A stretch of DNA of 64,000 bases from Strigamia acuminata (taxonomy: Eukaryota). Shown in pieces: positions 26,101 to 39,400 of the stretch (its first letter is position 1; each line of letters opens with the position of its first letter). The notes under the pieces were generated by a model that did not search any database, was not told where the DNA came from, and saw nothing but the letters and a program-made list of their open reading frames with translations. The position numbers were made by a program, and so were the translations under genes. Location of the stretch: the NCBI GenBank assembly GCA_949358305.1, contig OX442314.1, positions 19,964,001 through 20,028,000 of the forward strand, read 5' to 3'.

Positions 26101-29100
26101 TCTAACATCTACCATAGCACAAAGTGGATGCTGACTGTTCCAATCAAATTGCCTCGCTGGAATTTGCCTTGTAATCCATTTATAGCCGTGCATTGGTGCA
26201 ACCCCATATCTAAAACATAAGAAATGTATTCTAAATTTCAGTTTTAGTTTACATTGTAGTAAACAATTGTTACTTTATAGCTTGTCTGTACACAAAATAT
26301 TGTTTAGGAGCAAGTACAGAACACAAAACAACTTTGGCTCCATATTTTTTTGCTTCTTCTATTTCATCCGATAAATCTGTTTGATTTTCAACACGTATCT
26401 ACACAGCGAGAATTTCAATTCTTGAATAACAATATTTGAAAATTACATTTTCCTACTGTTTTATTTACAATACGAAAACGCATTCGTTTTTTATTTCATT
26501 TCCCCTCCGTGTACAAAGAGGTATGCACCCTGTGCAAAAAGATAAATAAACTTAAAACGGCTAAACTAAAGGGAATTTTTTTTCTGTCCACGACTGTACA
26601 AAGAAGTGTGCACCCTGCGGAATAATTCAAAACTCCACTCTATCACTATTCAGGTGCGGATCTAGAAAATGGGAATTTTGTGCCATGAATGACCCCTAAA
26701 GACATTTTTGACGCCATAAAAATTAAAAACTAAAATCTTTTTGATTTTAATATTTTATTAAATTTTTTATGACCTCCCAGGACGGTGGCCGTGGCCACCC
26801 CTTGAAAAAAAAAACGATGAAAAATACCACAAAAAATGATAAATATTAGTCAACAAAAAAATATATTAGATTATTTATCATGTTTGTGATTTTTCGTCGA
26901 AAATTTTCCTGGTAAAAAAAAAATCCCCCCAGCGAGTCACCCAGTCGGCACGAGACGTCATCTTAGAATCCTCTCTCACCCCATTTTATTATTTAGTTGC
27001 AAGACCAAGTGCCATTAAATAAAGTGTTAAATTTCTATATTCTCATGCGTGTCATTATTGGGTATTTTAGATAAGCTTACCATTAAGGGAAATGATTATA
27101 AGAGTCCGAATTTACACACTCGATAATTTACAGAACGACGTGAGGGCGCAACAACGTACTTACTCTGTAAACTATTGAATATTTATACACACGAATTGTC
27201 TTCAAATAGTCAGCTGCTAATGGCTTTTCGACATCTTCGAATGTAAACTGAAATCGCAAAATGTAGAAATACGTAAAAAAGTAAAGAACACATTTACTCA
27301 CTAGATAAGACCCTTGGTTCTGAAGAAGTGCACCCGCTCGTGGTGTAACGTCAGCAATATTCCATTCAAGATTAAACGTACTGGCATAGGACTCCTAGAA
27401 CATATTTTAGATCAGTTTATCATGCAAAAGATGCAATTTCAAACCTTTGATATAAACTGAAGCAAGTCTTCACGATAGGTCACAGTTGGCAATTGATAGC
27501 TCATGAAAACAATATTCATTTTCTGTGATATATCATTATCTCCAAATCCTATAATTCCACTTATAAGTTCGTCTCCAGAATCCTATTTTGGTAAAAGTTT
27601 ATGCTTAGTTATATAACGAGTTAATCCACTACCAAAAATTTGAACTATAGTTTATTGTCCTGTTCCTGTACTTTGCTGCATAGCCGTATTGTTTACTCAG
27701 CACAATTGATTAACTTTTTTAATAGTTACTATACTTAATCCCAATTTTTTGGTAATGCTTAAATGCTTAGGACTGAATATGACCTGCTGTTCCCCATCCA
27801 ACATATCCATAAAATGATCCAGGGCTTTAGTGGCATTTTGCTCGGTATCATACACTTTTAAATTAATTTTTAAATCTAATGAAAAAATGTGTATAACAAA
27901 AATATGTGTCACCATTAACAAAAATGTTTTAAAACGTACTTGAGTCCATCAGATGTTTAAGACTATCCTTAAATTGAGGAATATTATTGTTGATATCTTC
28001 TACTGCTAAGGTCGCAAATGTGGCCGTCACTGGATCAGGATCAGTTTCAGCACCAGCTGTGTTAAATCTTCCAAATAAACCAATGTGGAGCACATCTGTC
28101 CAAACAAGCATCAGTTACTAATTGATAAAAACAGAAAAGTACTAAAAAACTTCGCTGATTTTTTTTCCATGACCCATTACAAGACGACAGAAAGACATAC
28201 ATAATAGGTAGCGATTGTTGCATACCAATATCACACGCAGGACGAAAACTAAACTTGCAAATTCGAGCTAAATAGTGTGTGTGGATAAAAAAAGTAAAAT
28301 CTTGCAAAAAAATTAATAATGGGAATACGGGAATTCGAAATAGGGGAATAATCAGTCAAAGCACAGAGTTCTCTGAACAGCCCCAACAGCTGGGTGGTCC
28401 GAACAGGTCAGCAAGAAGAAGGACCCAAACCACACTGCAATGGGAAATTTGCTCCCCTGTCCGGACAGCTATCTCCTCGGGACACCGGAAAAGTGATGCG
28501 TCCCGTATACATATCGTATAGGAAAGCATTTCTCATACTGTGAGGCCGCCCCACTGGTGGGTCGCGGACCGGTTTTTGGTGGGGCGCAGCACATGTCAGA
28601 GTGACAAATTAATAGGAAGTAAAGGAAATCAAAAGGGGGAAAAAATTAATCAAGTCAAATGAATTACATTTTTGTTGCATTAACTAAACACATGTATCCA
28701 ATAATAATTGCATGCTACGAACAGATCCAGCTTACAAACTACCGGTAAATAAATAAACAAGAAAAAAAGTTATCCCTGAAAAATTAAAAGGTGCTTGGGA
28801 TAAAGTGGGTTCACTGCAAAAAAAATTAGATTTTCGTCTATAAAATATTTTGGAAATACTTGTATAACTAAATTTCCAAACCCGAAAGTTATATTTCCAA
28901 ATTGTACACAACATCAAATTTCCAATGACTTTCCAACACAACCGTTTCCAAATAATTTTTCATAGCATGAAAACATTAAAAAACATTACACACATATTTC
29001 TCAACCAGTAAAGTTAAGATTTCCAAATGTAAAATTTGAGTTTTCCATCAGTAAATAACAACTTTCAAAATATAAAATTTGATATTTCATAATCTTTATT

Positions 29101-32100
29101 AAATAGTTTTTTTAATAAAAATTCTAAATAAGTGAAATCTCAAAATAAATCCCATAAATAAAAATCCCTAGAAATATCCATGAAAATTCAACACATCGTG
29201 AAAATATGCAGAGCATTCACAAATCCTGAATCCAATAATCTTGAATCAGGGCTATGATCATAGTCTCGACACAAAAATTTAGCAAAATCAACTGAAGGCA
29301 GTGATAAAAACTCGCATCGATATGATGGTGTAATAAATTATAGAATCAAATTAAAATGTTAAACTACAAATTTTGTGTCAACTTTTTATTTCATCTAACT
29401 CCAACAATAATAGTCTAATTATTTGTTGAAGTACAAATGATAAAACCAATCCCATATTTAATAAATATAAATTTCTCTAGTTTTGAATTATGTCACCATA
29501 TTTCACAAGCTGGAAACATAGGATCTTTAGAAATTAAATTTAGGCTTGGGAAATTAATGGAAATACAAATTTCCACATCTAGTTTACATTAACTTTCCAT
29601 ACAATTTCAATAACTTGCAACATCATCTTTCAACCTTGAAAAATTTAGGGAAATTTAAATTTCCAAACCTAGTTTACATTAGCTTTCCATACATTTTACA
29701 AAAACTTAATTTACAGAAATTTAACTTTCTATAAAATATTTTCCATTTCCTTTCCATTATACAAGTATTTCCAAAATGGAATTTATCCAATTTCATCTAT
29801 AACTTTCCAATGACTTTTTTTTTGAAAATCTAAAATTTTTTGCAGTGGTTTGCATAGATTGACTTCCTAAAAATTATGCCGCAATGTCAATATGACTCTC
29901 GGACGTCGGACTCCGACCTCCGTCCAGTGTCCACTCCTTTGCCGTGAGGGGGCGCCCCATCTTTACTGGGGGTTTGCGGATTGTCTACCGCAAATCCCAT
30001 TGTACGCCATTTTGATTTTATTGAAATAAAGTTAGTCTTACACAAACTTAACCCTAGTTGCATCGTAATTGACTCACAGTTAAAATGTTTGAGAATCCCT
30101 GCTTCATTTCTTTGCAAAATTTGAAATTTTCTTCAAAGGTCAAGGGCACTGAGTGGGATTTTTACATTTTCTAAAAACCCGTAATAAAAAACCAATAAAA
30201 ATCGAGAAAAAAACGTAGTTAACAAAAAGCAATGCACGATGGATGTTGGTCACAGACTTCTTGCCCTGCGTCATCACTCATCAGGTTGCATATGACAGTC
30301 ATGCATAAGGGCAGACTAACTATCGATTGAAAATTCGATTCACAATTTTTTAAATGATTCATGATGGTTCAAAAATTGTTCGTGTGTGTGACATTGACAG
30401 CAACTAGAATGAAGTCATTTCTTAAAGAATTTTCAATAAATCCAGTAATTCGAAAACAATGGATTAATTGAGGTCAGACATCTTGGATCCACTCAGATCG
30501 AAGAAATGGATTCAGGTCAAATAAGCTTCAGAACTGACTTCGTCATGCTCCCATCATGCATTATTAATTTTTTTTATATTTTTATTTTTTTTATTACGGG
30601 CTTTCAGAAAATGTGAAAATCCTACTCACTGTACTTGACCTTTAACACACTCTAGTTCGGATATGTGACCTTTGTACGGACCAGAGAATGTACGCTCTAT
30701 GGATCGGACATTCCCTGGACCAGACAAGTTTCTGAGACCCGTTTTATATCCGGACCATACAGAGTACCGTACATATTCTAAAAAAATTACTTGTAATTGA
30801 ATATAGTTTGGAAAGTGGGGATTCCAAAACTTTTCTTGCTGCCCTAAATCCAAATTGGACTCCATCTACAATATCAACAACGGCACCCAAGAAACTTCCA
30901 ATTCCTCTGAAAGTTTTGAAAGTGCTGCCATTCAGAGACAAATTAACACTAGGTTCCGTAAAGACTTGAATGTCCTAAACAAAATAAAAACTTAAAATAA
31001 AACCAAAACGAGTACACTATCCGAACCGGCAGAAAATCAAGCTCACCAAAGCTGAATCCGGACCTGAAAATACTCGACGTTTGTCAGCATCGAGAACCAT
31101 GACCCAAAGTCCAGGTACTTGAACGTGGGCAGGAACACGAAATGATCCAGGCGATGTTATTCCACTGTCAAAAACATTTAAATCAACGATCTGCAGTTCA
31201 GTGGCAGTCTGCGCTGCAATTGTTAAAAGAAAAATAAAAGAAAAAGAATTTCTGAAGAAAACATCCATTCATTTATCTTGCACAACCTGTCGTCTTTAAG
31301 CGAGTAAAAATTGCTGACTCCGATTTGTCTCGTGCTTCACACACAGGAGTCTGGTTATACAATTTGTATGTAGATGATGGTACAAAGGCCCCTTGATCTT
31401 GTTTACAATCTTTTAAATACTCACAAAATGCGGATTGAGAGTATACATTTTGCATTTCATAAAATGTAACACATGAATGACTCAAGTCGGAATATTCCAA
31501 CGGCTGTCTGTCTCCAGTTCGAGGAACAAGCAAAGTTGCATTTAGAAATAAAAACTGATAGCGATACACATCTCGAATAGCCACATCCTTAAATTCGACT
31601 AATCCATCTGTCGCTCTTTTATGCAAAACTTGATCGTAATTGCGGAACGACGTTATGACTTCATCACCTGCTAATTCAGCGTCCGTATTGTACAAAAAGT
31701 CACGGACAAGCCCTCCTTGCATAAACGTTTTAGCTTGGTAACCAACAGTCACCTCGACTATCAAACTCGAGTCAAGTCCCGTCGTTATTCGGTTCTTGTT
31801 TTGATCCACTATTTCCAAAGAAAACGTAAACAGTTGATTTGCAAACATTTCATCTTGGGGCTTCTGAAACCAATTTAATTTTGCAATTCCTTCAAATCAA
31901 AATTAACCCATTAGTTGAATTGTATTTCTAGACATTAACATCTACAATTTACGATTATAAATTTTAATTGGATTTGTAAGAACCGACAATGTTTTCCCAT
32001 TCACGAAAACAGAAAATCCAATTTGACGAAGTAAACAATATTGAATTCCAGATATTACATCGGTAATACTGTGAACTAGCCCTTGTGCGATGAGGTAGTT

Positions 32101-32787
32101 TCCATGAATTGGCACAAACGGGATTACGAGCTTATTTTCCTGATAAGCTTCAGAACTACACTTGCTTCTACAAAAGAAAAAGCAGAGCTTCTAAGTGAAT
32201 TAAACTATTATGGAATGATTTTCCAATTTACTGTACCGAAAATGCTCCTCAGAAAATCGTCTTGGGTCACCTAATTCATAATCACTCGCGGCTAATTGGC
32301 AGACTTTAATTAAGCTATCAGGTATTGATGAATTGCAACCACTAGACTCCGAAACGTTAACTGTAAGAATAAAGCCATTCTTTTTTAAAAAACACGACTA
32401 CATCGTGACATCGTTCATTAAGTACTAGCTGGTTGGGATGATATGTTAAAATGTTTTGGTCGTAATTGATACGGAATATCCTGTGGTCGTAATAGATTTC
32501 CATTTGTTGTTGTGCATAAATATGCCACAATTGGTCGACTTATTCTTTGATTATTTGACACAGAATAAATATCATCATCGGTATTTGGTTCAATTTCTGC
32601 TGGAAAGTAGTTTTTAAACGGGCCCGTTTTTGGAAAACAAATCCCAATATCATCTAAATTTTTGTAAATTGTGATATAGAATTTTATTCGACGAATTAAT
32701 TTATTTCTTACCAGGTAATGAATAAACACAATCCAATAAACACAAGCGCAATAAGCTCACTAATAAACCTAGCTCTTTGGTGTTCAT
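14180..32787 (-). CDS. Receptor guanylyl cyclase-like gene, copy A (multi-exon)
   Basis: Signal peptide [18 protein letters not shown] at 32787. Ig-like exons 32655-30791. ANF-type domain from [10 protein letters not shown] (28095) to [13 protein letters not shown] exons 19920-18640, then [28 protein letters not shown]. Kinase-homology domain ([20 protein letters not shown]), coiled coil (LIKRLLPP), cyclase ([21 protein letters not shown]). All mobile-element insertions I mapped fall in introns. Confidence 0.85.
19115..19543. mobile_element. Tc1/mariner-type MITE in an rGC-A intron
   Basis: TA|ccgtattacctcacat ... atgtgaggtaatacgg|TA; absent at the homologous site in copy B (~39410). Confidence 0.85.
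20269..20346. mobile_element. Truncated copy of the 7206-7329 hAT MITE inside the Copia 3' LTR
   Basis: Matches the centre and right arm of 7206-7329; absent from the other LTR. Confidence 0.85.
23837..24243. mobile_element. TA-target MITE inside the Copia 5' LTR
   Basis: ~55-bp TIR tactctaaccggactcaaaaaggagcaacagtc...; TA flanks; absent from the other LTR. Confidence 0.85.
25394..25850. mobile_element. hAT MITE containing an AT-rich ~44-bp minisatellite
   Basis: CAGGGGTTCCCAAAC...GTTTGGGAAACCCTG; TSD GTCTACAC; ~4 repeat units at 25520-25710; empty site in copy B at ~40916. Confidence 0.9.
28812..29847. mobile_element. Non-autonomous CACTA/EnSpm-like element
   Basis: Termini CACTGCAAAAAA / TTTTTTGCAGTG; 3-bp TSD GTT; empty site in copy B at ~45890. 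Confidence 0.8.
30137..30641. mobile_element. Kolobok-like (TTAA-target) MITE, shared by copies A and B
   Basis: TCAA|AGGTCAAG...CTTGACCT|TTAA with ~50-bp TIR; orthologous copy at 45966-46430. Confidence 0.7.
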
Positions 32788-33463
32788 TTTTGTTAAGAAT
32801 TTGTAAGCATCACGTTTCGGCACGAGCATTGTTATAGCTAAAGCGCATCATTATGATAACAAAACTGAAACAGACATACAAACATCGTACATTATTATTA
32901 TTGTTGTTTAATAAGACTTGTTTTCGGCCTTTCATTATCAGCTACGCTTTGTACTGATGTTCTTTCACAACGTAAGATCGCCGCCTCGCTCTACCGTTCT
33001 GACAATAGTCAAATTATCAAATCAAACCCGATTCAAATTGTTGTCTGAGAAAACTGAGAGCCCCGAAAGGGTTTTGGGAATCTGTTTGGCATGTCTTAAG
33101 TTTGAACGAGCGATCAAGAATGAGTCTGATCCAAAAGTCGGAGTGTTGGCTAATGCTGGCACTGGAGGCCAGGGTGTAAGAATCAAATTTTGCAAATGGT
33201 TCCATTTTACAACTAGTTCGCATGATGTGTTTTATTATTGTAAACGCTTTCAGACCTCCTTGTAATGAATGAGCAGATGGAGTAATTGTGTCATTTTGTA
33301 TCAATTAGATACTGAATTCGGAATCAAATTTGTATTCTCCAACATATTCGTATTTAAAACCTTTAAACCGCATGAAAATAATTTTTATGTCTCCAACCAA
33401 CAAAAAATAAAACACACTGTAAACCAAACTAACACAATTTCATAACAACAAACTTATTTAACA

Positions 33464-36400
33464 TCACTCTCTCTCTGTAGGTTCTAAATCTTCTACAGGA
33501 GATTGATCAGAGCGCTCTAAACTTAAATTGTCCATATCTTCTACAGGAGATCCATCGGAAGGTCTGGGACTCAAATTGTCGATATCCTCCACAGGGGATC
33601 CATCGGAACGTCCTGAACTTAAATTGTCAATATCTTCTTCCAGTAGCTCAGCTTCATCAGATGAAGCATAAGATACCTTTCTCTCGTCATCTGTTCTTGT
33701 CGCTGAAACTCTTGGTTCAGTTGAAATCTCTTCACCTTTTGTAAATAAATTACGTCCTTGATCTTGTAATGTCAATTCACTCATTAACGAGCCAATGGTT
33801 TTCGTTTGCGAAGATTGTGAACCAATTTCTGGCATCTCAATGGTTAAATCTTGTTTTCCAATCAACAAATAAACATTTACATCACCTATGAACTGGAACG
33901 AGTAAAAACTAAATTTTAACAAAAGGTCACTTCGGTTTCTATACTCTGAACCAACCTTGACAGTCACTTCTTCCTTAAAAATCATAAAATAAGTTCCAAC
34001 CTTGTCTAACAACCTAGCTGTCGATTCTGAAATTTGTATGGCATTGGCTAAACCAATATACAATTAATCACGGTTTAAATTAAATTCCAATAACTAATTT
34101 ACCCGTTCCATGCGATTCCATAAATTGAGCAATAATAACATCTTCCCCAAAAATGCAATAACGTGGCATTTTTATGCCAACAACCGCAGCAACACAAGAT
34201 CCTGAATTCAAGTCACATATAATTCAATAAAACTTGCTCACGGTACGTATGTACGGTAACTTTGTGTATTTACCAGTATGAATTCCAATTCTAATCTTTA
34301 ATCTTTCTTCTGGCAAGTGCCTAACGGGGAAATTACTAAGTGTTGCTACAAAATGCAATGACATAGTAGCAATTTGCTCATAATGGTCCTTCACGGGAGT
34401 CGGAACGCCACTTGCAACACAGTCTTAAAATTTTAAAACAGATTTTAAGAGTAGTAAATTTTATAAAATAGAATTTTTCTAAGCGTACAAATAAATGCTG
34501 AAACTTACACGCATCTCCAATTGTCTCCAGTTTGTAGACGTCAAATGATTCAATAATAGTGTCAAAAGCAGTGTATAAATCATTCAGCAGTTCAACAACT
34601 TCAATTGGTTGACTTCTATTAGCAATATTAGTGAATCCCACTATGTCGCTGAAAACAAATCAAATGATGACTGATTAAGTTGTTCATTCAAAATACCCGG
34701 TATGGTTTAAAAATATATTTCCCAATATATTGCTTTTCACTTATGGCATTCCAAAATGCATAGCATTTAGCCGAATTGTGTATACTATATCACAATATTG
34801 CTCACATTTGGCTTTGGCTACCATAGCAAGAACATTTTATGTTAGCAAGATAGTACATTAAATAATGCATTTTTTAATACAATTGAAAAAATGCATTTGC
34901 AAATGCACTTCTAGGACAAATAATAATACTGCGAATGCATTTCATAATGCATGCAAAAATGTATAACAATATGCATTCTCGTAAAACTGAACGCTTCTCA
35001 AAATACTGTTCATTGCAATACATTGCAATACAATTTTCAATGTATTTTTTTAACCATATGGGAACTTTCAGCACCTGAATAAAATAGTAACATTGTTAAA
35101 ATATTCAGGATGCACCTCAAGGTGTCGTGTCATTTGCGTGGCAATAAAAGGAGGTAGTAAACGTTTAATTAAATTCTCAGTTTTGTTTTTTTCTATTTGC
35201 ACTTCTTCAACTTTTTCATTAAAAATGTCTTGCAAATGATTAGTATACTTTTCCAACTATAAATAAAATAAAAACATTTTGTGAGTAGCTACGAGTAACT
35301 TGAAAAAAAATCAACAGCAGTACACGTTGAACAAAGTTCTTATTTTATAATTCACCATAAAAATCAAATTTTGAACTAGTTCTCCCTTCAGCGGATGAAT
35401 TTTACCAATCGTGGAGATAATCTCTTTGAAGTGTGGCCGATTCAATGGATCTTCTGCAGTTGTGCTCAAAACAAGCTAAATTTTACGCACAAATTAAGAT
35501 AATTTGTCTCGAATACTATTTTTAATTATTGTTACATCTTCAATTCCCCTTTTCTCAGAGAAGATTTCAGGCATATTAGATGGCGTCAAAGCCGGTCGAA
35601 TGGGCTTAGACGTATCATAATCATGCATTTCAAGAAGCTAAATGAAAATATCACTTCTGTAAATTACAATTAATTTAATCGAGAACAAAATATCTAATGA
35701 TCACCTTTTTAATGCCCATAGTTCCAGGGTCAGTAAAATTTTTAAGAACCCTGATCAATTCTTCAATGGACAAAATTTGCAATTCATAATCAAATGGGTT
35801 TTCACAATTGCAAACTTCCGTTAGAATAATGCCAAAAGAATAAACGTCTCCTGCCTTTGTTCCAATTCCTAGTTCGTTAGCAGTCATGGATACACGAAGT
35901 AATTCAGGCGCAGTCCACAACATGGATCTTTCAATAAAAAAAAAAATGCCAGGTAACTCAATCCTTTTAACCAATCCAAGTATAATAAGTAATTGTTTCA
36001 TATAATTATTAATTTTGGTGCGACGTCGCTGAATACGGACGGGCGATGAACCATTTTGAAGTCATCCTTGAAATAACTCACCGATATATCATTTCTAATT
36101 GTTCCACAGAGTACATTTTTCGTCTGAGCGTAGGCACACCAAAACCTAACCATTTACTATTTTTAATTTTTAATTTTTAATTTATGAATATTATGTTATG
36201 TTATAACAACAGGCAATACCAGACACTTTACATATCCATCGATTATCAATCAGACAATTTTTAGACTTCAAATTGCCGTGTGATCCAATGTTCGAATTGT
36301 GTAAAAATTCCATACCACATGCAATATCTCTCAAAATTGAAAATTTGAAACTCCATGAGATATTATATCGAGACATCTGCAAGATGTCAGCTAAACTCCC

Positions 36401-39400
36401 CTGAAAAAAGTAAATAAATCAACACAAACCAGATCTCAGGTGCAGTCAACAATAGAAGTCAACAAAGAATAAAGTTTCTTAGCAATTACATACACAGTAT
36501 ACTCTGTGTGGTCCAAACAAAGTGTCGACCAGACAGCTCTAAATTCTTTCTTTATCAACTATGCACGGCCACCATCAAACTTACACAAAGCTGGTGTTTT
36601 GGTGACATCACTGGTTCCTTAAACCCACACAACCAAATTCATCAAAATTCGACTCAAATTTAAAATGACAACTGGGAAGAAACAATTCGATACCACAGTT
36701 GGCATTGTGTAAATTCTTTATTACTCTCAAAACTTGACATAAGATGTGTCCAGAGTAGAGAGCACATACAACTAATCTGACTGGATATTCTCCGAGTAAA
36801 ATTCATTACTGACAAAATAATGGAAAGCCCATGTGGATCCCTATGTGATGGGATGGGACACTTAGGCATGTGCCTAATGTGGCCAACGGATAATCCACCA
36901 GTCACCACTGACCACACAAAGTACACAGTATTATATCTGTATAATTACCGGGTGGCCCACATAAAAGCGGCCCGACAATGCGAAAAGGGTTACCACGGGA
37001 GTCTAAAAAAATGTACCGGTATGTATTGTTCAATTAAATATATATTAATCGTTAGTTGTGTGTAGGATTTGTTTCATTAATGTTTCTGATGCAGGTTTTT
37101 CCGCTCTTTCGTTTGGTGTTTAGTTTTTGACGATCCGAGCATTGGTTCTCGAGATATTTGCAATTTTAATCAATTATTGTCCGAATTCGCCAAGTTTGAT
37201 TGCACTAGTCATTCCTGAATTTCGTGGTACTTTTTGAATCTTTTCAATAGTACTTTTGTGGATTTCTTCAGATGTACCAGTACGAGATTGTGCTTGATTT
37301 TGTGAAATTTTCTGAGATTGTGCTTGATTTTGTGAAATTTTTTGAGATTGTGCTTGATTTTGTAAAATTTTCTGAGATTGTGCTTGATTTTGTGAGATTT
37401 TGCTTAAGTAAAGTCGTGTGGTACTAAAAAAGGTACCAGTTACCAGTCCCAAATTGCGGAATTTTTTGTAAAGTACTGTGTACTGTGTACCAGTACTGCT
37501 AAATAAATCCACAAAATTACCACAAAATCTAAAATTTAAGCTAACTAGTGCCATCAAACTTGGAAAATTCGGACAAAAATTGATGCAAAATGCAAATATC
37601 TCGAGAACCAATGCTCGGATAGTCACAAACTAAACACCAAACGAAAGAGCGGAAGAAACTGCACTAGAAACATCAATTAAACAATACTGCCCTCAGCTAA
37701 TGATTAATGTATATTTAATTTTGTGCGTAAAGACATTTTTTTGAGTCACTCTTCGTAACCCTTCTTGTGTATTGTCGGGCCGCTTTTATGTGGGCCACCC
37801 GGTATAAGGTCAAGATGTACTAAAAATACTTACTTTCGGCACAACTTCCAAAAGAAGGCAAACATTAGGAGATGTAAGACACACCCCAAACAATCTTACT
37901 AAGTTAGGATGTCTTATTTTATATAAGTAATTTATTTCTGCTCGAAGCGATAAATCATTGATATTGAAAGAATCTACACCAAATTCCTGCAAATGCAACA
38001 AACAAGCACAGTTGTAAAATAGTATTTTACAACGGGGCGGTACGGTATTGTATGTTAAAAATACAATACCGTACCGCCCCGTTTAATAGCCCGGGCGTTT
38101 AATTCTTTTGAGCCCCCTCCCCGCGCCAATTTGAAGCCCGGCGTTTAAACAAACCCGGCGTTATCACTTGTCGCACCACATTAGCCCGTGTCGGGTGACG
38201 TTATTCGAACATGTCGCGCCACATTAGCCCGGGTCGCACCACGCTATTCCGGACCACCGTAAACACAGCATGTCGCGTTTAGCAATTACAAAGAATGTAA
38301 TGCCGATGTAATGCCGATGTAATGCCGATCGCGCCCTGTACGCATCATCTTAATATCACCCCATTGTTATAATATCGAATCACGAATTCTTGTACTTTGT
38401 ACTTGTACTTTGCCCAACCATTCCTTAAAATTATTCAGCCTCTGATTAGTTGCTTCCTCGGTTCTCAAACAGATACACCACCTGCACAACAAATACGTGC
38501 CTTAACATAGTAAATATTTCCTTTCCAATTAGCTGTATGTTTTATAATTGTTTGCGACATGCCGGTGAGATTTGACGACTCAGGAACAGATTCTTTTCCT
38601 ATTGATAGAGATTTTGCAGCATCGGATGTGTGCGACACAATCATTCTTGGCACACCAAGAAGTGTAGATGTAGGAGTAGTTACAGTACTCAGACCGATAT
38701 TGGTCGCTTCAACATCTTCCCAATTGACAAGCCAATCCAAATTCTTAATTGCTTCCCGTCGTTCCACACTAGATAAAAATAAACGAATTAACATTCCTAA
38801 TCGCAAAACTTGTCTAAATCTATAACTGGATTACCGCCTTTTTAACCACACGAAAACAAATATCAGCACTGCTAGGACAACGGCACATGCAAGCAGTATC
38901 GATACAATAAACACGCCGATTAAAGTACTGCAATCACGACCGAAATATCCAACGTTGCACTCGCAGTAATTTGGGGCAATGCATTTACCATGCAGACACT
39001 GAAACCTAAAAATAATAAAAAGTTAATTTAGAATATGCTCGAATATTTTAGAAAATACAGCATACTCGCATATCGGTACGTCGCACGCTTTTCCAGACCA
39101 AAGAGGATCGCAGAAACACTTGAAGGGACCCACACAAGTACCTTGAAAACACTTGTCACATACAACGTTTTTGCAATTTTTACCCGAATAACCAAATTTG
39201 AAATAATCATTTTTCGACACGTTTGGGTATATTTCCCCTAAAAAACGACATCTAACAATAAATAAGCTTATGTAGTAACAAGAATTAGAAAATGTAATAT
39301 AATTTCATCGTACGAATATGTATCGTATTTTCTCTAATTATATTCGCTACTTTTTATAATTCTAATGTGTCAATTAATGTTATTTCTTCGGTCTTCTTGT

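Noticed and set aside
28340..28600. Cys-rich ORF-like segment shared with 43870-44130
   Set aside because: Single-base indels between A and B break the frames, and part of it resembles hAT MITE subterminal sequence.
30090..30780. Kolobok-like MITE as an exactly spliced introner (AG|GT in the TIR and AG after the TSD would restore VKENFKFC)
   Set aside because: The upstream donor at 30791 joins directly in phase to 28095. The flanking 'exon' is hit by two insertions in A and runs into stops, so the region is more simply intronic.
37174..37626. 150-aa ORF with [10 protein letters not shown] repeats
   Set aside because: Translation of a 30-bp minisatellite inside a non-autonomous transposon.
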